NCBI RefSeq assembly: GCF_006345805.1
Contig: NC_043012.1
Span: 4,960,001 to 5,024,000 of the forward strand
Direction: 5' to 3'
Length of the DNA: 64,000 nt
Source of the DNA: Octopus sinensis
Taxonomy: Eukaryota
Part shown: positions 56,190 through 64,000 of the stretch, one piece after another
Layout of the letters: each line of letters starts with the position of its first letter
Position numbering within the stretch: position 1 is the stretch's first letter
The notes under the pieces: generated by a model
Databases searched by the model: none
The model's input: only the letters and a program-made list of their open reading frames with translations
Told to the model about the DNA's origin: nothing
Position numbers and translations under genes: made by a program

Positions 56190-56890
56190 TGAATTGAACC
56201 AGTTTAAGCTCACGAGCTGTGACCATACTGGGGCACCGCAAATTTTGTATTACTAAATAATTTTTACTCCACTAATACATTTTAGAACTTCACATTTGGA
56301 GTATGACGAAGTTTGACGCCTCTGCCCTCATTTGGAAGTTGGTTTATCTGAGACTCTTGACACTAAGAGGCCTAGATTCGTTTTGAAGATACCTACATCC
56401 ATCTCCTGCAGGTCTCTCAAGTCCTTTGGGAGGATATTGAAGATCTGTGGGTTCTTAAAGCCCAAGCTGTTGCAATATCTTGACTTATATCTTGATGGTA
56501 AATTTGGAATCTTTGACACTATGAATTAGTGCCCGGTTATAGCATTAATGCAACTCTCAGTGCCAAAGTTTGGGACAAGTCGCACCAGGATACCCCAGAT
56601 GTATATTAGGGCATATCTTTCGCGCCAACGCTCCAGAGAGTAGAGTCTCAAATTCTTGAGTCTTTCCCAGTAGCTTATATACTGCATAGAGGCTATCTTC
56701 GTAGGATTGCCTCAAGTTCTGCAATTCATTTTACATTGGTTGGTAACAATAGCTGGGCGCAACAGTCAAAGTGGCTTAGGGCCATGATGGTTTCTTGATC
56801 CCTTGTTTTGAAAATTCTCAAAATCCATCTGGTCAGCCGCCTGCATTTCATTGCTAACTTAGCAACATGCACATTGAAGGATGCATCAGT
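56190..56890 (-). mobile_element. CR1/L2-group LINE 3' fragment (copy A)
   Basis: DASFNVHVAKLAMKCRRLTRWILRIFKTRD, SYWERLKNLRLYSLERWRERYALIYIW and FNILPKDLRDL; followed by a 3' UTR. Confidence 0.85.
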
Positions 56891-56893
56891 ACA

Positions 56894-57168
56894 TATTCTT
56901 TTATTCGCTTCAGCCATGCAGGTGCAGTCATGCTTGAGGACCACCATCGTCGTTTTGATTTCTTCAGTCCTGGGTGTTTCACATCACCATTCCTGTATAT
57001 GCCTTTGTCTCAGCTGTTGGCCCATTTGGTGCATGAGGGAGTTTGACTCCGCTGTCCTCGCCTGCACTTCATGCCAGGCAGATGGTCCATCTAGTATTGT
57101 GGAGAGAAGCATGTCTAGTTCCTTTTGTGAAGACATCTACTTCCATCTTATGCAGATTTCTTAATTCT
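56894..57168 (-). mobile_element. CR1/L2-group LINE 3' stub (copy B), head-to-tail with copy A
   Basis: LRNLHKMEVDVF...ELDMLLSTILDGPS is homologous to copy A LRDLQEMDVGIFKTNL; has its own 3' UTR tail. Confidence 0.75.
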
Positions 57169-57325
57169 TGTACCATATATATATATATATATATATCACC
57201 GTCACCGTCACCGTCACCGACCAGGCTGTCAGATGTTGTAAACATCGCTGGTCACAATGCCTTCGCATTGTTTAGCCTTCAAATGACGCCACCCTGCTGG
57301 CTAAGCGAGCAGGCCAATACATATC

Positions 57326-57386
<61 letters not shown>

Positions 57387-57509
57387 ATATATATATATAT
57401 ATTAACGTAACATGCATATATCTATTGTATATATATATATATATATATATATCTAAATACATATTTCCCTAGCATGGCGGCAGTCTAGTGTCTGAAACAA
57501 GTAAAATAC

Positions 57510-57543
<34 letters not shown>

Positions 57544-57817
57544 ATTTGTGTGTGTGTGTGTGCGTGCGTGTGTGTGCGTGGTGGTGTGTGTGTGTTTGTG
57601 TGTGTGCATCACTATATTTCAATATATGAATCATTGTGCGCAAGTATATTCGAAATGATTGTTAGTATATTTGTTTACATGAATGTAAACAAATTCTAGT
57701 AGGCTTTTCAAATCAAACTAAGTTCCTGTGTGAGGAGTTTTGACCATATTATAGTGGTATTGAGTTTGTAGTGGTGGGGAGGAATATAAGATGTATGATG
57801 AGTAAAATTTCATAAAG

Positions 57818-58263
57818 TCCATATTTGAAAAAGAGACTCATGCGTTGAGGTTACAAATGACAGAATACAAACAGACAACTACTGAGTCTGTTGTCTGATC
57901 TTCAATTGATTTAGTCTAATATCTCACTGGTTAATAGATTATTAAGTTTTATCATACAGGAGCAACTGGTTCCACAAATCAAAGTGAAATGGCTTCATTC
58001 AAATATTAGAATATCCTTTGTTCAATGTTGTATTTTCCAGTCCATACTTGAAAAAGAGACTTCCTTCTGTTGAATTTACAAATGATAGAATACAAATTGA
58101 CAACTACTGAGTCTGTTGTCTGATCTTCAACTGATTAAGTATAATATCTCACTGACTGACAGTTAAATAAATATTAAGTTTTATCATACAGGATCAACTG
58201 GTTCCACAAAATTAAAGTGAAATGGTTTCATTCAAATATATTAGGATAGACTTTGTTCAATGT
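57818..58263. repeat. Tandem duplication of a ~220 bp unit
   Basis: 57818-58028 vs 58040-58263 (for example GACAACTACTGAGTCTGTTGTCTGATCTTCAA in both). Confidence 0.9.
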
Positions 58264-58476
58264 GGAATTTTCAAAGAGAGAAAAAAAAAAATATATATTA
58301 TATGTACATATATATATTTACATATATACATATATATGTACACATATATATATATATATGTATATATAGATAGGTACATATATATATTATACATATTATT
58401 ATATATATATATATATATATAATATGTATGTACATATATATATGTATATACAATACATATCTACACACACACACAC

Positions 58477-58523
<47 letters not shown>

Positions 58524-58722
58524 CATATATACATAAATATATATATATATGTACATATATATATATTTACATATATATATATATGTATATACAATAACAT
58601 ATCTACATATATTATTTACATATAATATATGTATATACAATTACATATCTACATATATATATATATATATATATGTGTATATACATATGTATATATATAT
58701 ATATATACATACACATACCTAC

Positions 58723-58790
<68 letters not shown>

Positions 58791-59219
58791 CACATTACGT
58801 TTATATATTTGTTGTGCAAGATTTCTTATGTGAAGTCGTGTGTTGAAACAGACATTGTTGTATTTTCGGGATGATTTATTTTTACATTAATAAGATTAAA
58901 ATAAATAACGCTGAAGCAAACTAACACCAAATATATAGTGCGTGTGTTTTTATTGGCTAAACTGGCAAAATGACCATTCCGGAATACATCAATATATATA
59001 TATACATATATATGTATATATATACTATATTATATATATATATTATATATATATATATCTGTAATATAATATGTGACATTATTCGGTTGCCATTATAAAA
59101 TCCCGAGTTTCGGATGTCGGCGGTTTATTATAGCAACCTAATAATTGTCACATATTATATTACAGATAAATTCCTCTATTTACATATCGAGATCTCATTC
59201 ATTCTTTTGTTGTCATACC

Positions 59220-59255
<36 letters not shown>

Positions 59256-59277
59256 TGTATGTATATACGTATGTATG

Positions 59278-59311
<34 letters not shown>

Positions 59312-59556
59312 TGTATGTATGTATGTATGTACGTATGCATGTATGTATGAATGTATGTATATATATATTTATATATTTTTGATGCAACATTTTTGCTAAG
59401 TGCGATGCACAAAAAACTCATCGGCTCTTGACTCGATTTTGCAATTTATGTTGTGCATGTGTGTGTGTGTGTGTATGTATACACACATAAATCACAGATT
59501 GGTAGTTGTATAAACAGAGCTAGATAGAAGGAAAGCGTCCTTTTGAGTAAATACAC

Positions 59557-59607
<51 letters not shown>

Positions 59608-59770
59608 CTACTAATAATAATATATGATAAAATTTTTTTCACAAAATGTTTCATCGAAAGTGACAGCATATTAAATATCTATAAGTTGTTTACATAATAT
59701 ATATAATATATATATATATATATTATATATATATATATATAATATATGTATATGTATGTTATTATGTATG

Positions 59771-59804
<34 letters not shown>

Positions 59805-59886
59805 TGTAGATATAATATGCATGTATATCTAAATATATAAATCTATCAAATTACCTACCTATATATATATATATATACACATATGC

Positions 59887-59917
<31 letters not shown>

Positions 59918-60620
59918 ATATATACACACACACACATTTATTTTTGCCTCTTTGTGTGCCTGTGGTCACGCGTGTTTGGAATAGTTCTATAATGTGCATT
60001 TATTTACCCCATTTCCAAAAGACCTATCTATGGAATAATCTTTTAGAATTCCTACATTATCCATCACGAAAGCTGTAAACGTTTAAGATAGAAATCTAAA
60101 TATCGTTTTATGTATATTCTTCGAATATTTCGATATTGCAATAGGTTTGTGCCACGATAATTTTCTAAGTCGTGGTAATGGTGATCGTGGAGCTGGTATT
60201 GGTGATGATGGTGGTGGTGGTGGTGCTGGTGGTAGTGGTGGTGTCGTTGGTGGTGTCGTTGGTGGTGGTGGTGGTGGTGGTGGTGGTGGTCATGGTCGTG
60301 TCGGTGGTGATGGTCGTGCTGCTACTCCTAATACTGGCACAAATGATATTGCAATTTTACAGGCCGAGTATTTATATTATAGATATTAGAAAGTAATATA
60401 CTTTTAATCCTATTTTCTCTATCATTACCTAACATAACTAAATAAATACAATTATTTACATTTACCTCCGACACTACAACACTATATATAATATTATAAT
60501 ATATATATATATAATATATATATTATATATATATATATATATTATTATATATATATATATATTATATATATTGTTAAATACATACATACACAACACATAT
60601 ACATGTATTTAAATATGTCT

Positions 60621-60674
<54 letters not shown>

Positions 60675-61883
60675 GTCGGTATGTATGTATTTATGTACGT
60701 ATATAAATGTATGTGTATGTATATATATAAATACATACTTACAATGTATACTATATATAATATATATATATATATGCGTGTGTGTATTTTTATATATGTA
60801 TGTACATATATATATGTAGATATAGATCTATATACGTTGTGTGTATATATATATATGTGTGTGTGTATATATATATATTATGTGTGTATATATAATATAT
60901 ATATGTATATATATGTAATATATATATGTATATATATATTATATATATATATATTATATATATGTTGTATATGATATATATATGTATGTTATATATGTAT
61001 ATATATATATATTTACTGTGAAGTCAAACCAAGAAATAATATTTTGAAAGCATTTAATACGAATGTTTCTTATCTTGAGTTATATATAAGTAGGATATAA
61101 ATCCCTTTACGTTATTTAATACATACATACATTTGTGTGTGTGTGTATATATATTTATATATATATTTGCTTGTCGTCACTTCAACATGGCTGTTGCCTA
61201 CGAACCGCCATTACTACACAGACAAAGACACACGTACATACGCATGAACACAAACTAATAGTTGTTAGTCCTGCTTTTACATTACATAGAAAGAATGCCT
61301 TGGGATTTGTAATTCCTAATACACTAAAGAGTGGGTCATATTTAGAATGTGCTATGATTATAAGTTAACTGAGGGCTGACTTGAGGCCAGCCATCGAAAA
61401 CGGAAGAAACCAATAATGGGAACCCGGATGTACAAACGGACAAGATGATCAAGATGAAAATACTATGGATGATATTAGAGTATAACGTGGCAATCTAGTA
61501 GAATCGTTAATGGTTAGTGACATTTCCTTTGTCTTCACGTTCTGAGTTCAAAATCCACTGAGATCAACTTCATCTGTTATTCTTTCGGGGTCGATGAGAT
61601 AAGTACCAGTAGAGCACTGGGATCGATGTTCCTCATTCGAATTTATTTCAAAATTTGAAACCAATAATACTAGAGCATTACTGACGCCATATGCTGGGGA
61701 ACTTTGGAAGTTTTGCTAACATGAGTAATATCTTGATCTATGGCAGAGATACAATATTATAAAATAAAGATTATAAAGTTTCCTGGTGCTTATACAAAAG
61801 CATGAAATAAAATGTATGCCAATTTTCAATATATATTAATATAACACTTGGAAATAAAATTAATACAAATTTCTCTTATATAT

Positions 61884-62270
61884 GGATGGAAGCACTCCGT
61901 CGGTTAAGACTACGAGGGTTCCGGTTGATCCGATCAACGGAACAGCCTGCTCGTGAAATTAACGCGTAAGTGGCTGAGCACTCCACAGACACGTGTACCC
62001 TTAACGTAGTTCTCGGGGATATTCAGCGTGACACAGAGAGTGACTAGGCCGGCCCTTTGAAATACAAGTAAAACAGAAACAGGAAGTAAGAGTGAGAGAA
62101 AGTTGTGGTGAAAGAGTACAACAGGGATCACCACCATCCCTGCCGGAGCCTCGTGAAGCTTTTAGGTGTTTTCGCTCAATAAACATTCACAACGCCCGGT
62201 CTGGGTATCGAAACCGCGATCCTATGACCGCGAGTCCGCTGCCCTAACCACTGGGCCATTGCGCCTCCAC
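61884..62270 (-). mobile_element. Chimeric SINE: family E head plus family D 3' half, with TSD
   Basis: 62075-62270 matches 34077-34260; 61892-62066 matches 37865-38043; TCTTATATAT duplicated at 61874-61883 and 62271-62280. Confidence 0.85.
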
Positions 62271-62281
62271 TCTTATATATA

Positions 62282-62469
62282 TATTACACATAGATACCTC
62301 ACGCTAGGAGGGACTCTTAAAGTCAAAACTACTAAAATAAATAAACACACCGTACCGAAACAATTCTCGAAGGAAGTAATTTAAAAATTGTTTCGGTACG
62401 ATGTGTTTATATATTTTAGTAGTTTTGACTTTAAGAGTCCCTCCTAGCGTGTGGCATCGATGTGTAATA
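62282..62469. mobile_element. MITE with ~83-bp terminal inverted repeats
   Basis: TA|TTACACATAGATACCTCACGCTAGGAGGGACTCTTAAAGTCAAAACTACTAAAATA... is mirrored at 62386-62469; short spacer; TA flanks. Confidence 0.85.
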
Positions 62470-62609
62470 GTGCCCTCTATATAATATAAATGAATAAATT
62501 TAAAGGAAAAAAAATTTATGGATTTTTTCCATTATGAGGTTTTTCACGCTAACTACGTGATAAATTCTTATGAAGATTTTATCCTATTTTTAAATGTATA
62601 TATGCACAC

Positions 62610-62655
<46 letters not shown>

Positions 62656-62833
62656 CGTTGTTTAACTGAATTGTATGGTATAATCGCAGTTTACTCTATC
62701 AGAAAGTTAAAAGTCTAAATTTCATTAAGAAATGTGTATTTTTCGTAAGCTTAGCATTACCCTCTTCTAAGCGTATCATATGCACTCCTCCTGCAGCATC
62801 TCTTATATTAACTCTCTCCGTATGTCTCTTTTC

Positions 62834-62896
<63 letters not shown>

Positions 62897-64000
62897 GTTC
62901 CCGCAATACGATGTAAAACGTGAATGGAGAAATAATTAACCACTATCAACTAAGAAGCATTTATATTTGTTATTATCATATAGAGATATCTACTCGATTA
63001 CAGCCAGACTAATGTTAAGCAACAGATATAACCACCAGAACACAAGAATAACTGGGATTTTCAAATTAAAAAACGCTCCACTTCCTTCAAGTTATTTATA
63101 TATACGGTAATTTTAATGCAGCGGGATTATTGAATTAAAATGGCGCTTTCTGAAGCAATGTAGGGATATGACTGTGATAAATAATGTTTTCATGGTTATC
63201 ATATCTGTGGTTGAGACTTCCTGAATATGTTTGTGTATGTTTGTGCCTTGTTGTTCATGTATGTCTAGTGACTATTTGTGAATATTTGTGTGAGAAAAAC
63301 GTAAAATAAATCGCCAACAAAGATTTGTGTTTGCCATAACCAAAATACTTACTGTATGTATGTGTGTGTATGCGTGTCTGTATGAGTGTATGTGTGAATG
63401 TTATACGTGAATATATGATAAAAATGAGCAAGCATACACACGCACACATCTACGCATGCTTAAATATTTGTGCATATGTGCGGAATAGTCGTCATTGTGA
63501 TGTTATGGTCTGTATGGGAGTGAGAAAATAATGATTAATGGTGATAGAGATATATTAGACGTAAGGAAAAAAACAAGCAAACACACGCATACACACACAT
63601 ATCTATATTTAAGTATGAAGGAACGGGACATATGGAAGGAATAAAACGATGATATGACTTTTTTTTACCTATTTGCTTTCGTTGCTTTTCTATTTTGTCA
63701 ATTGTTGGACACACCTAACCAAAAAACGTTTTCCATCTACAGACGCAGGAATTGTATCCAACTTTTATTCCATTAGTAGACACCGGTGTGTAAAATTCAT
63801 TAAAATCTTTTTCTTTATTGATATCTTATACGGGTGGAGGAAATACGGAAAAACGAATATGATTGATATTGTTTCTTGCTATTGTCATTGTTGCTGTTGG
63901 CGTTGTTGGTGCCGTGGTAAGATTTAATTAGATGAATCTATATAAGTAAAGGCGTTCCAGCTACGACCATTTCATCGTTCTTTTACAAATATCACGGACT

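Noticed and set aside
59095-59135. GAAACTCGGG (minus) resembling the family-1 ribozyme 3' half
   Set aside because: No CUGANGA core upstream.

Overview
AT-rich, microsatellite-saturated eukaryotic DNA. The tRNA-derived SINE families and repeat content look like a cephalopod (Octopus-type) genome; this is an inference, not a database match. No host protein-coding gene could be supported, and nearly all listed ORFs are translated microsatellites. The identifiable content is transposon-derived: three R4/Dong-clade LINE copies stacked in (TAA)n tracts (1-5.4 kb), RTE and CR1-group LINE fragments, a Penelope-like RT fragment, maT- and mariner-type DNA transposon relics, MITEs, a non-autonomous Helitron and many modular SINEs. 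The standout is at 27511-28418: a very young (about 99% self-identical), 353-nt, circularly permuted unit carrying an intact type I hammerhead ribozyme. It is present as 1.5 tandem copies on the minus strand joined head-to-head to 1.05 copies on the plus strand, which fits a retrozyme / Penelope-dependent circular-RNA element inserted by twin priming. A second, unrelated intact hammerhead (25615-25686, minus) and several decayed ones lie nearby. All alignments and folds were done by eye.
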